Below, piece after piece: positions 8,357 through 16,113 of a DNA stretch of 64,000 nt. Source of the stretch: a virus; the IMG/VR virus record IMGVR_UViG_3300012928_003423, positions 6,932-70,931 of that record. One strand, written 5' to 3'. Within the stretch, counting starts at the first letter, position 1. Each line of letters opens with the position of its first letter. Below the pieces are notes generated by a model. That model saw nothing but the letters and a program-made list of their open reading frames with translations. It ran no database searches and was not told the origin of the DNA. The position numbers and the translations under genes were made by a program.

Positions 8357-8442
8357 TGGTGCGGATGGTGGGAATTGAACCCACACGCCCTATGGGCAAC
8401 AGATTTTAAGTCTGTAGCGTCTACCGATTCCGCCACATCCGC
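8357..8442 (-). tRNA. tRNA-Leu(UAA)
   Basis: GCGGATGTGGCGGAATCGGTAGACGC...ACAGA-CTTAAAA-TCTGT...long variable arm...GTTCAATTCCCACCATCCGCACCA; encoded CCA. Confidence 0.95.
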
Positions 8443-8443
8443 A

Positions 8444-8520
8444 TGGCACGAGAGGTGAGACTTGAACTCACGACATTCTGCTTAGAAGGCAGATGCTCTA
8501 TCCAACTGAGCTACTCTCGC
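8444..8520 (-). tRNA. tRNA-Arg(UCU)
   Basis: GCGAGAGTAGCTCAGTTGGATAGAGC-TCTGC-CTTCTAA-GCAGA...GTTCAAGTCTCACCTCTCGTGCCA; encoded CCA. Confidence 0.95.
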
Positions 8521-8528
8521 ATAAAGTG

Positions 8529-8601
8529 AGCCACTTGTCAGACTCGAACTGACGACATCCTCATTACAAGTGAGACGCTCTACCAACTGAGCTAAAGTGG
8601 C
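8529..8601 (-). tRNA. tRNA-Thr(UGU), CCA not encoded
   Basis: GCCACTTTAGCTCAGTTGGTAGAGC...CTCA-CTTGTAA-TGAG...GTTCGAGTCTGACAAGTGGCT followed by CAC. Confidence 0.93.
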
Positions 8602-8602
8602 A

Positions 8603-9664
8603 TTAAAAAAAATCATTTAACAATTTTCTAATTGCTTTATCTTTGGCTTTTACTTCGCACTCCCACTTAGCTTCTTTACTTGGTTCTATAGCTATAGTAG
8701 GTGGAAAATTTCTATAACTAAAATAATCGCCATGTGCGCGAGGATTTTTAGTTCCATCATTCTTCCCTTCAGACCAATGAAAAACAGGAGCAATAAAATT
8801 AGACTCATCTAATAAGGTTGAGTCTTGATTCACCCATGTATATGCACAACGTTCAGCTTGCCAACTGATGTTTATAACTTCAGAAGGGTTACATATGTCG
8901 TGCAAATTGTCATAGCAAACAGGTAGATTGAATTTATATTTATTAAAGATGTAATCTGAGAATTTTAAAATATTATCTACATTCCATTGTCCTTTATCTT
9001 CGTTTTCTATGGTAAGACGATTATACACACCCGAATCACATCTCATTAAGTTATTATAAAATCTGTCTGCAATTTCAGACATTAGAAAGTTTTCTCTGAT
9101 TTCGGGATCAACATTTAAAGATGAAAGTGATTTACTTGGACTTGGGAAAGAACAATTAATATGAATGTTCATTGGGCAAGAATGATCTTGAGGTAATCCC
9201 ATGTAGTCAAGTATCATTGACTGAAAGTTTAATTCTTTTATTGTTTGATTAACTGAATCTTCTTTTAAAGATGCAAGAACATTGAATTGATCGGGATGAA
9301 TGCTAGTAGACATCCCATAACTCATGAATAAAATACCAATCATTCTAAGCTCTTCAATCATCTTTCTTTCATTCGGCAATGAATTAAAATTGAGTCCCAA
9401 AATTGGGTCAGTAACGAGAGGGAAAAGAGCGGAACTAATCCTATAGTGCTTAATATTATTGTCGCCACAATGCCTAATAATATGCTGAGTGACAATAAGA
9501 TTATGATTAATACGAATACACAATTCTTTAATAGCTTCATCTCTACCTAACCTTTCTGATAAATCAAGAAATCTTTTTCTTGTCATAGTGCGAAAAGAAT
9601 AAACTTTTTTATCTTTTTCTTTCAACTCTTCGCTTATGCAAGTTAAACCTAATGTTGTTTCCAT
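8603..9664 (-). CDS. uvsE: UV damage endonuclease (UVDE)
   Basis: YRISSALFPL, SIHPDQFNVLAS, TIENEDK, YDNLHD, PVFHWSEG, RAHGDY, ECEVKAKDKA motifs. Confidence 0.92.
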   Translation of the reverse strand: METTLGLTCISEELKEKDKKVYSFRTMTRKRFLDLSERLGRDEAIKELCIRINHNLIVTQHIIRHCGDNNIKHYRISSALFPLVTDPILGLNFNSLPNERKMIEELRMIGILFMSYGMSTSIHPDQFNVLASLKEDSVNQTIKELNFQSMILDYMGLPQDHSCPMNIHINCSFPSPSKSLSSLNVDPEIRENFLMSEIADRFYNNLMRCDSGVYNRLTIENEDKGQWNVDNILKFSDYIFNKYKFNLPVCYDNLHDICNPSEVINISWQAERCAYTWVNQDSTLLDESNFIAPVFHWSEGKNDGTKNPRAHGDYFSYRNFPPTIAIEPSKEAKWECEVKAKDKAIRKLLNDFF

Positions 9665-9671
9665 GCCTCAT

Positions 9672-9700
9672 AACATGGCATAAAAAAGATTTTAAGTCAA
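9672..9700 (-). promoter_or_regulatory. sigma70-like promoter TTGACT-N17-CATGTT
   Basis: -35 at 9695-9700, -10 at 9672-9677, uvsE ATG 7 nt downstream. Confidence 0.6.
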
Positions 9701-10269
9701 GCTTTTTTTTTGTCTCTATGATTTAATATAGATTTACACAATTCATAAAGCTCGTCTAAACTTAAATCATTTTTTGCATAATTTGCTTCTTTTAAACAAA
9801 TTCCTAAATTAGACAGGTCATTAGTTCCACCTCTTGAAGTAGGAATAATATGATCAAAGTGATATGTTTCGGGCTTATTTAGGTCTATAGGAGTGCCTGT
9901 TAGGTAGCAAACTGGATTGTCTCCAAATTTATCTAAAACATCTTGAGTTGTGAAATTTTCAGATAGATTATTTACTATTGTATGAGTTCTACTTTTAGGG
10001 TTTCTTCTTTTAAATGTTTTTAATTTGCCTCTAAAAATCTTTCTAGATATTCTACATTTGAACGCGCTTACTTTTCTTGATAGCTTATGTTGCGTCGATT
10101 GATTTCTTTTTTTAACTCTTTGTTTCTCTGTCTTGCCTTCTCCGCAATGATATGATATAACAGATTTAGAACAACCTAATATATCTTTTATTTCATTATA
10201 TGTCTTACCTAATTCTCTTAGCCTAAGAATTTCTTCTTTTCTTCTTGTATTGTTCCTTTTCCTCTTCAA
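9697..10269 (-). CDS. HNH endonuclease with N-terminal HTH (free-standing homing-endonuclease-like)
   Basis: EILRLRELGKTYNEIKDILGCSKSVISYH (HTH); CYLTG...HFDHIIPTSRGGTNDLSNLGICLKEANYAK (HNH). Confidence 0.85.
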   Translation of the reverse strand: MKRKRNNTRRKEEILRLRELGKTYNEIKDILGCSKSVISYHCGEGKTEKQRVKKRNQSTQHKLSRKVSAFKCRISRKIFRGKLKTFKRRNPKSRTHTIVNNLSENFTTQDVLDKFGDNPVCYLTGTPIDLNKPETYHFDHIIPTSRGGTNDLSNLGICLKEANYAKNDLSLDELYELCKSILNHRDKKKA

Positions 10270-10633
10270 AACAATTAATTATTTCCCATAGTACAAAAGA
10301 TATTAGATTATCTTGAGATAATTTTTCTTTGTTTATAATATCAAGATGAATGTAATATTCTATTTTTTCGCAAACAAAATATTCTTCTTCAACACTCTGA
10401 GGATCAAATTGTAATATTTGAAATATTCCATATTCATTTTTATTGACAATAAGTTTATGGTTTATATCAAAATCTCTCTCTGATTCAGTTATATAGTCAA
10501 ATATTTTATAAAATTTTATAAAATATTTTTTAATTTCTTGTTGAGATAAATCGTGGGAAAGAAAGTTTTCATAAATTCTGTTTAATGTTGATTTCGGCGT
10601 TTTGCTTCGGAGTAGGGTTTTTAAGTTTTTCAT
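10223..10633 (-). CDS. Hypothetical protein
   Basis: ORF track. Confidence 0.6.
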   Translation of the reverse strand: MKNLKTLLRSKTPKSTLNRIYENFLSHDLSQQEIKKYFIKFYKIFDYITESERDFDINHKLIVNKNEYGIFQILQFDPQSVEEEYFVCEKIEYYIHLDIINKEKLSQDNLISFVLWEIINCFEEEKEQYKKKRRNS

Positions 10634-11111
10634 TTTTTACACCTATTGTTATGGGCTTGACTCCATTTAAAAATCTACCTTGATTATCTCTAGCTTGAGA
10701 AAATAATCCATTGTTATCTTTTTTTACCATTCTCATTTTTAAATTTTTATTCCAAGGGGTAAATCCTTTTTTAAATGTTCCATTTAAGTTTCTAAACTTA
10801 AATGGCTGTTTCTTGAACCAAGCATCTTTCTTTAATCTTAAAAGTTTATGTCTAGTATTCGGATAAGATATTGACTTTAAAGTCTCCCATTCTTTATCAG
10901 ATAAACTTTTACCTTTATACTTTTTCCTGTTTATTTTGATAACTCTTATGTTATTTATAGTAAAGCCTTTTAAATCTTTCTTTATTTTTTTTTGGAATAA
11001 TACTCTAGCTTCCTCTTTATTTTCCGTAGATATAATAGATTTATAAAACCTTTCTTTCTCTATAATTACACTAAAATAAACTACAAAAAGATATTTTTCT
11101 GTATAGTCCAT
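10569..11111 (-). CDS. Novel N-terminal domain (paralog of 18463 and 19540 genes) fused to a NUMOD3-like motif
   Basis: N-half aligns by eye with 18463..18882 (W..l+...fPN....L motif); FKKGFTPWNKNLK is a NUMOD3-type motif. Confidence 0.65.
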   Translation of the reverse strand: MDYTEKYLFVVYFSVIIEKERFYKSIISTENKEEARVLFQKKIKKDLKGFTINNIRVIKINRKKYKGKSLSDKEWETLKSISYPNTRHKLLRLKKDAWFKKQPFKFRNLNGTFKKGFTPWNKNLKMRMVKKDNNGLFSQARDNQGRFLNGVKPITIGVKNEKLKNPTPKQNAEINIKQNL

Positions 11112-11144
11112 AATATTATGTAATTAGTTAGAGCAAAAAAAACA

Positions 11145-11176
11145 AGAAAAAAAACCCCCCTCTTTCGAGGGGGGTT
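11145..11176 (-). terminator. Intrinsic terminator (10-bp stem, GAAA loop, U-tract)
   Basis: Minus strand reads AACCCCCCTC-GAAA-GAGGGGGGTT-TTTTTT, just downstream of 11201..11461. Confidence 0.9.
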
Positions 11177-11200
11177 AGCAAATCGTGCTAGATCAAGAAG

Positions 11201-11461
11201 TTACTTCTTGTTGTTAGCACAATTAGTATCTCCTGTCTGCTTGGATAAAACCGAAACAAGCAAAACCAAGGTGACGATACCTGCAAGGCTAGCGCCTGGA
11301 CCGACAAATCCATTAACAATACCTTGAAGGTTGCCAATGACATCGATACCTGCCTCTGCCCCAAATACTACTTGGGATAGTACCAAGAGTCCAATTACGG
11401 ACAATAGTACGGCGCTAATGCCACAAACGGCACACTTTATTTTGTTTACTACTTCGTTCAT
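11201..11461 (-). CDS. Small two-TM membrane protein
   Basis: Hydrophobic helices ISAVLLSVIGLLVLSQVVFG and LAGIVTLVLLVSVL; followed by a terminator. Confidence 0.8.
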   Translation of the reverse strand: MNEVVNKIKCAVCGISAVLLSVIGLLVLSQVVFGAEAGIDVIGNLQGIVNGFVGPGASLAGIVTLVLLVSVLSKQTGDTNCANNKK

Positions 11462-11483
11462 TTTATTACTTTGGGTTAATAAA

Positions 11484-12128
11484 TTAGAAATTAATAGAAA
11501 GAGATAAGCCTAATACGGACTCACCATCAGCCATTAAATCAGAGTCAAAATAATCATAGGAGAGAGCTAAATCAGCATTATCAGAAACCGACTTAGAAGC
11601 AATAGCTCCAACTCCATAATAATCTTCATTAATAGAAGCACTTGCATCTGTATTTCCATACAATCCATGAACACAGAGTTTAGCGAACTCTACATCAAAA
11701 CCATGCTTTGCAGATAGTTCAAATGTATATAGATCATCGCTAGTATTTCTGTATAGAGTAACGGATGGAGACAAGATTGTATCAAATCCAACAGATACTC
11801 TAGCATCAAGCATTGCATCTCCTGCGACTTCTTCAAAATGCTCTAGTCCCACATAGACATTAAGCAGTTCTCCTAGTTGCTTAGAAGCACCAAACTCAAT
11901 GGTATATGCATCAGAGCCACCTGTAACTGATTGATTAGTAGAAGCACCTACAGATGCATTAAATCCACTAACATCAGTATCGAGGGATACTGAAGACTGA
12001 ACTGCTTCTGAAGATAGGATAGCTCCCCTTCTGAAGTAATCAGATGCATAACCAACAGATACAGAACCTGCGGTTGCGACGTTAGAAATTAGACACAAAA
12101 GTGCCGTAATATATGTTGTTGTTTTCAT
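11484..12128 (-). CDS. Outer-membrane beta-barrel protein, TorF/TIGR02001 porin-like
   Basis: Signal peptide (MKTTTYITALLCLISNVATA), mature start GSVSVGYASDYFRRG matching the SDY.FRG motif, alternating beta strands, C-terminal ...LSLSINF beta-signal. Confidence 0.8.
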   Translation of the reverse strand: MKTTTYITALLCLISNVATAGSVSVGYASDYFRRGAILSSEAVQSSVSLDTDVSGFNASVGASTNQSVTGGSDAYTIEFGASKQLGELLNVYVGLEHFEEVAGDAMLDARVSVGFDTILSPSVTLYRNTSDDLYTFELSAKHGFDVEFAKLCVHGLYGNTDASASINEDYYGVGAIASKSVSDNADLALSYDYFDSDLMADGESVLGLSLSINF

Positions 12129-12155
12129 AGTTTAATTATGTGATTAATTAAAAAG

Positions 12156-12389
12156 TTATTCTCCAAAGAAGTCTTCGTCTACTTCAAATTCGATATCTTC
12201 TCCGAGTAATTCTATTTTCTTATCCTCTATAGTACTTAAAATTCTAGAAAATTCAAGTTTTTTTTCTTCTAGCGCTCCAATTAAGGTAAAAGTATTAATG
12301 TCAAACTCTTCTAGATACCTATCACAAAGATCATCAAGATCAAATCTAAATGCATCTGTTTGTTCGTCAAAGTCCATTATTTTTTCCAA
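12156..12389 (-). CDS. Acidic hypothetical protein
   Basis: ORF track. Confidence 0.65.
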   Translation of the reverse strand: MEKIMDFDEQTDAFRFDLDDLCDRYLEEFDINTFTLIGALEEKKLEFSRILSTIEDKKIELLGEDIEFEVDEDFFGE

Positions 12390-12886
12390 ATTGATTTTCT
12401 TTTTATTTTTTTTAAATCAGAAGTTTTTATTAAACTAATTTCTTCTTCGTCTCTCCTTTGATATATTCTATATTTTGCTTCGTAGCAATGCTTTACAAAT
12501 TCTTTATTTCTATCTATTATTTTTTCGCAAAGGTTTTTTAAAGAAATTCTATCTACTACGATAAAATAATCCTTCTTTTCAAAGGCTATATAATCTGCCT
12601 CTCCATACATCCAACCGCCAAAGCCATCTGCATTTTTAAACTCAACCCAAGTCCAATCATCGTTATAGTCTTTATCATAATAGCAAATCTTCTTCCTTGA
12701 TTTTACATCAAAACCTTTAATTTGAGAATTTTTTTCTAAATAATAATCTACTCTTTGGATTTTATTTTGAGAAGTTGTTGATGGTTTTATTTTGTAACCT
12801 CTTTTACCTGCGAGAGATACAAAAATTCTTTCAGCTTTATTGCCTATTGAAGCTGCGTTCCTATTATCATACTTATGTATAAACAT
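12377..12886 (-). CDS. PD-(D/E)XK restriction-like nuclease
   Basis: GNKAERIF...RVDYYL...GFDVKSRKK...WVEFKN...GWMYGEADYIAFE. Confidence 0.7.
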   Translation of the reverse strand: MFIHKYDNRNAASIGNKAERIFVSLAGKRGYKIKPSTTSQNKIQRVDYYLEKNSQIKGFDVKSRKKICYYDKDYNDDWTWVEFKNADGFGGWMYGEADYIAFEKKDYFIVVDRISLKNLCEKIIDRNKEFVKHCYEAKYRIYQRRDEEEISLIKTSDLKKIKRKSIWKK

Positions 12887-12889
12887 AAA

Positions 12890-13834
12890 TTAAGGTAAAG
12901 ACCTTACGAGTTTTCTACCAAGAGGTGTGATTTTTCTCTTGACATCTATTTCCATTAAGTTTTGTTTTAATAAATACTTCTCATGATCACTCCTTAAAGA
13001 AGTATTGCTTAAACCTGTTTTTGCCGCCAACATTGATAAAGTGCAAGCACCTTTGTCTTCTAGAACTTCTAGAATCTGTTTCTCTGTGCAAGTGATGCCA
13101 AATGGCAAAACTCCAAGTATATTGCAAAAATTCTCGTAATGCTTCATTGTAAAGTGAGATACATTTTCAGAAGCCAAATATAAATTTATATCTTTAGCTC
13201 TCATCATCGCATTTCTAGCATTACCTCTAACAACAGAGCTGAGTTGCTTGATTACATCCTTATCAATACTATCGCACTCTATAACTCTTGAGATAATTTC
13301 TCCCAATTCTTTAGAGGAATATGAATCAAAATCAACAGATGTAAGTCTATCCTTGAGGGGTGGAAATAACTTATCACTCTCAGTAGTTGCGAACAAAAAA
13401 GTTTGTTGCTTAAAATTAAAAGGATACCTAGTCTGTTTCCAAGTGAAATCTCTAACATGAGTAGTTCTTGTATCTAAAATAGACAACAATGCCATAGTTA
13501 AATCATTTGGCAACTCATGAGCTTCATCAAACAAAACAGTTATTTCATTATTTAATATTACAGGAATAAAGATTTGCTCAAAGAAATTGTCATTATTCTT
13601 AATTGTTGAAGAATTTAATTCCAAGAGAGTTCTTTTAGTGCCATCTTGGTTTGTTAAATTTCTAGCATAAGCATTTGCAAACTCAGTTTTACCTAAACCT
13701 TTTGCTCCGAAAAAACCCAAAAAAGGGCTTAGACTTGTTTTATTAAAGGCTTTTAAGTAAAAATTAAGTTTTTTCTTAACGTTTTCTTGACCTACTAAAT
13801 GTGCGAATGGATCTTTCATAATATTATTCCTCAT
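12890..13834 (-). CDS. ruvB: Holliday junction branch-migration AAA+ ATPase RuvB-like
   Basis: FAHLVGQENVK, GAKGLGKT Walker A, LFDEAHEL Walker B, FATTE...PLKDRL, RGNARNA, C-terminal wHTH (EKYLLKQNL...RKITPLG). Confidence 0.85.
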   Translation of the reverse strand: MRNNIMKDPFAHLVGQENVKKKLNFYLKAFNKTSLSPFLGFFGAKGLGKTEFANAYARNLTNQDGTKRTLLELNSSTIKNNDNFFEQIFIPVILNNEITVLFDEAHELPNDLTMALLSILDTRTTHVRDFTWKQTRYPFNFKQQTFLFATTESDKLFPPLKDRLTSVDFDSYSSKELGEIISRVIECDSIDKDVIKQLSSVVRGNARNAMMRAKDINLYLASENVSHFTMKHYENFCNILGVLPFGITCTEKQILEVLEDKGACTLSMLAAKTGLSNTSLRSDHEKYLLKQNLMEIDVKRKITPLGRKLVRSLP

Positions 13835-14105
13835 CGTTGAAGTTTTTTAAAGTATAGAGAATCGTATCAGACTCTGTTTCGTCTGTCAATTCTATTTTTG
13901 GCTTTTTCTTGATTTCAGAATGAGATGACAAAACACCCAAGTTTTCTAACCAAACTCTACTGACTGACATTGGAGTTTTTTCTCCAATGTACTCTTTTAA
14001 TTCTTCAAAGGTAACTCTCACAAAAGAATTAGAGCCAACTCTGCGTCCGCTTCCTTTCTTTCTAGGAGTTCCGTCTTTATTATAGGTCACTTTTTTATCT
14101 TTCAT
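13824..14105 (-). CDS. Small basic putative DNA-binding protein
   Basis: PRKKGSGRRVGSNSF (AT-hook-like) N-terminus; TTGACT box upstream near 14133. Confidence 0.6.
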   Translation of the reverse strand: MKDKKVTYNKDGTPRKKGSGRRVGSNSFVRVTFEELKEYIGEKTPMSVSRVWLENLGVLSSHSEIKKKPKIELTDETESDTILYTLKNFNDEE

Positions 14106-14173
14106 GCCTAACTATTACAAAAATTAAACACGAAGTCAAGGTTTTTTTTAAAAAAAATAAAATTTTAAAAAAA

Positions 14174-14464
14174 TTAACTTATAAAGCTATCGGGAATCTC
14201 ATCATGATCTTTTTCATGGGAGATGAAAGATGCGTTCTGCTCTGTTGATTCATAAACAATCAAATCGGGAGCTTTCTCATTGTTCTTCATTTTGTTTAGA
14301 AAGATAACGACTCTAACCTCTTTTTCTTGGTCTGTCCCTTTATTGATTTTTACAAAACCCGAATAAAATTGTTGAGACTTGCCTTCTTTTCTCCAAAGCG
14401 CTCCCATTTCTCTTTTTCTCCATTCGGACGTTGTTTTATTTTCGGTGCTATGTGTATTATCCAT
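14174..14464 (-). CDS. DUF736-like putative ssDNA-binding protein
   Basis: EMGALWRKEGKSQQFYSG...VIFLNKMKNNEKAPDLIVY; acidic tail ending DEIPDSFIS. Confidence 0.65.
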   Translation of the reverse strand: MDNTHSTENKTTSEWRKREMGALWRKEGKSQQFYSGFVKINKGTDQEKEVRVVIFLNKMKNNEKAPDLIVYESTEQNASFISHEKDHDEIPDSFIS

Positions 14465-14535
14465 AATATTTTTAAAATTTCCTAAATGATAATAACATTT
14501 ATTTTGAAAAATTCAAGGGTTTTTTATTATAAGGT

Positions 14536-15195
14536 GTGAATGCTCCATATTCAGTTGTTTTAATTGGGAATTGTCAAGCAGAGGCTTTAGCTTGGTATAT
14601 TAGAAGATTGCCTAAAGCTAAAAATTTAGCTCAACAAGGAAAGTTCGTGTGCAACTGGATCGTTGCAGAAAGATTTAAAAAACATTTAAAGAAGATTTAT
14701 AAAAAAGATTTTAAAAAATACCCTTTCCTTCATGCCGATGCACTAAGTAGACATAGGCTTTTAACAGAAGGGTATGGAGACACTCAGTACAATATATATA
14801 ATGAAAGAGTATCTATTGGTAAAATAAAGAATGCAGATTTAATTATTTTTCAAAAAATATCAAAAGAAACTTCTGATTTATTTAATTATGATAATGTAAA
14901 AAGGTTGGCTAAGGATGAAGCCGAACTAATTTCTATAAGCTCGTTTTTTTACTCTGAAAAAGACCCATCTCATTTAAATGGAATGATGGAAAGAGAAGAA
15001 ACATTAAGAGTAAGATTAAGGGCTTCTGAATTAATTTTTAATAACAAAAAAATTAACTGCCATATTAGACCAGAGCATCCAAATGTACATTATTTTTTAG
15101 ATTTGATGAAAAATATATGTAAAATCTTGGGGTGGGAGTATTATAAAGAAGGGCAGTTGAAACAATTTTTAAATTTAAAATTTCCTTTTGGATAA
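14536..15195 (+). CDS. WcbI-like polysaccharide biosynthesis protein
   Basis: VVLIGNCQAEAL N-terminal motif, ADLIIFQ, C-terminal EHPN; GTG start. Confidence 0.55.
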   Translation: MNAPYSVVLIGNCQAEALAWYIRRLPKAKNLAQQGKFVCNWIVAERFKKHLKKIYKKDFKKYPFLHADALSRHRLLTEGYGDTQYNIYNERVSIGKIKNADLIIFQKISKETSDLFNYDNVKRLAKDEAELISISSFFYSEKDPSHLNGMMEREETLRVRLRASELIFNNKKINCHIRPEHPNVHYFLDLMKNICKILGWEYYKEGQLKQFLNLKFPFG

Positions 15196-15197
15196 AA

Positions 15198-15398
15198 ATG
15201 AACGAACAAAAAGAATTATTAAAACAAGTAATGCAAAAAGATAAGCAAATTGATGATTTGCATGTTTTGATAGACACACTTCAGACAAATCTAAGATCAG
15301 CGGTATCTATGCTAGACGAAGATAGCAAAAGTAAAATAGAGGGCGTGCAAAGCTACAGATGGGTCACGAGCTTTAGAAGAGGCGATGAGCTTGATTAA
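15198..15398 (+). CDS. Small coiled-coil hypothetical protein
   Basis: ORF track; directly follows 14536..15195. Confidence 0.6.
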   Translation: MNEQKELLKQVMQKDKQIDDLHVLIDTLQTNLRSAVSMLDEDSKSKIEGVQSYRWVTSFRRGDELD

Positions 15399-15643
15399 CT
15401 AATTCGTCTATTGATTTTTTCAAAAATCTTAATAGCATCCTGCCTTCTATCTTCTAGCAGTCTTTGAGTCTGCTCCCATCTTTCACTATCTCTAGCTCCA
15501 TTTTTAGCTAGGTCTATTTCTATTTCTCTAAGTTTTCCGCTAATTTTTTCAACTTTCGCATTTTCTTTTTTCAAGAAAAAGGCAATAAGGGAAATCATAG
15601 CGCCAAAAGCAACTAATATAATTTTTTCCATTTCCACCTCCAT
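15395..15643 (-). CDS. Small membrane + coiled-coil protein (holin/XhlA-like)
   Basis: N-terminal TM IILVAFGAMISLIAFFL then a coiled coil; GTGTA motif 10 nt upstream. Confidence 0.55.
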   Translation of the reverse strand: MEVEMEKIILVAFGAMISLIAFFLKKENAKVEKISGKLREIEIDLAKNGARDSERWEQTQRLLEDRRQDAIKIFEKINRRIS

Positions 15644-15703
15644 ACATTATATATACACTTTTTTGTATATAAAAAAGGATTTTATTTTATTATAAATAGC
15701 AAA

Positions 15704-16075
15704 ATGGAAACGTATATTTATAAAAATTGCTATGATTATTACGAAAACTTATTAGAAAAATTCCATAAAAAATTTAACACTAAGTTGTTGATATCTGGAC
15801 GCATAGGAAAAAATAAGATTGCAATAGCAGCGTGTCAAAAACCTTTAATAGGTCTATTGTCTCCTTTTTTCATAAATGAAATTATAGATATGGAGGCAAG
15901 GGTTAAGACTATATTTGAAGAAGATGGTGAAGTAAATTACCTATGTGAGATAAAAGATGTTATGGGCGACTCTTTATTTGTCTCTAAATCATATGTCGAG
16001 CCAAAAAAAACTTACATATTTAAAATATATTCCATTCAAGGTTCAAAAAACAAAATAGATTCATATTGGTCATAA
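15704..16075 (+). CDS. Hypothetical protein
   Basis: ORF track. Confidence 0.6.
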   Translation: METYIYKNCYDYYENLLEKFHKKFNTKLLISGRIGKNKIAIAACQKPLIGLLSPFFINEIIDMEARVKTIFEEDGEVNYLCEIKDVMGDSLFVSKSYVEPKKTYIFKIYSIQGSKNKIDSYWS

Positions 16076-16079
16076 AACG

Positions 16080-16107
16080 TTGAAAAAACCTCCTTGAAAT
16101 GTATTAT
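16080..16107 (+). promoter_or_regulatory. sigma70-like promoter TTGAAA-N16-TATTAT
   Basis: ATG of the methyltransferase (16114) lies 6 nt after the -10 box. Confidence 0.55.
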
Positions 16108-16113
16108 AGGAGG

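Noticed and set aside
9697-10269. HNH gene as part of an intron splitting a host gene
   Set aside because: Flanking genes (uvsE, hypothetical) look intact; treated as free-standing
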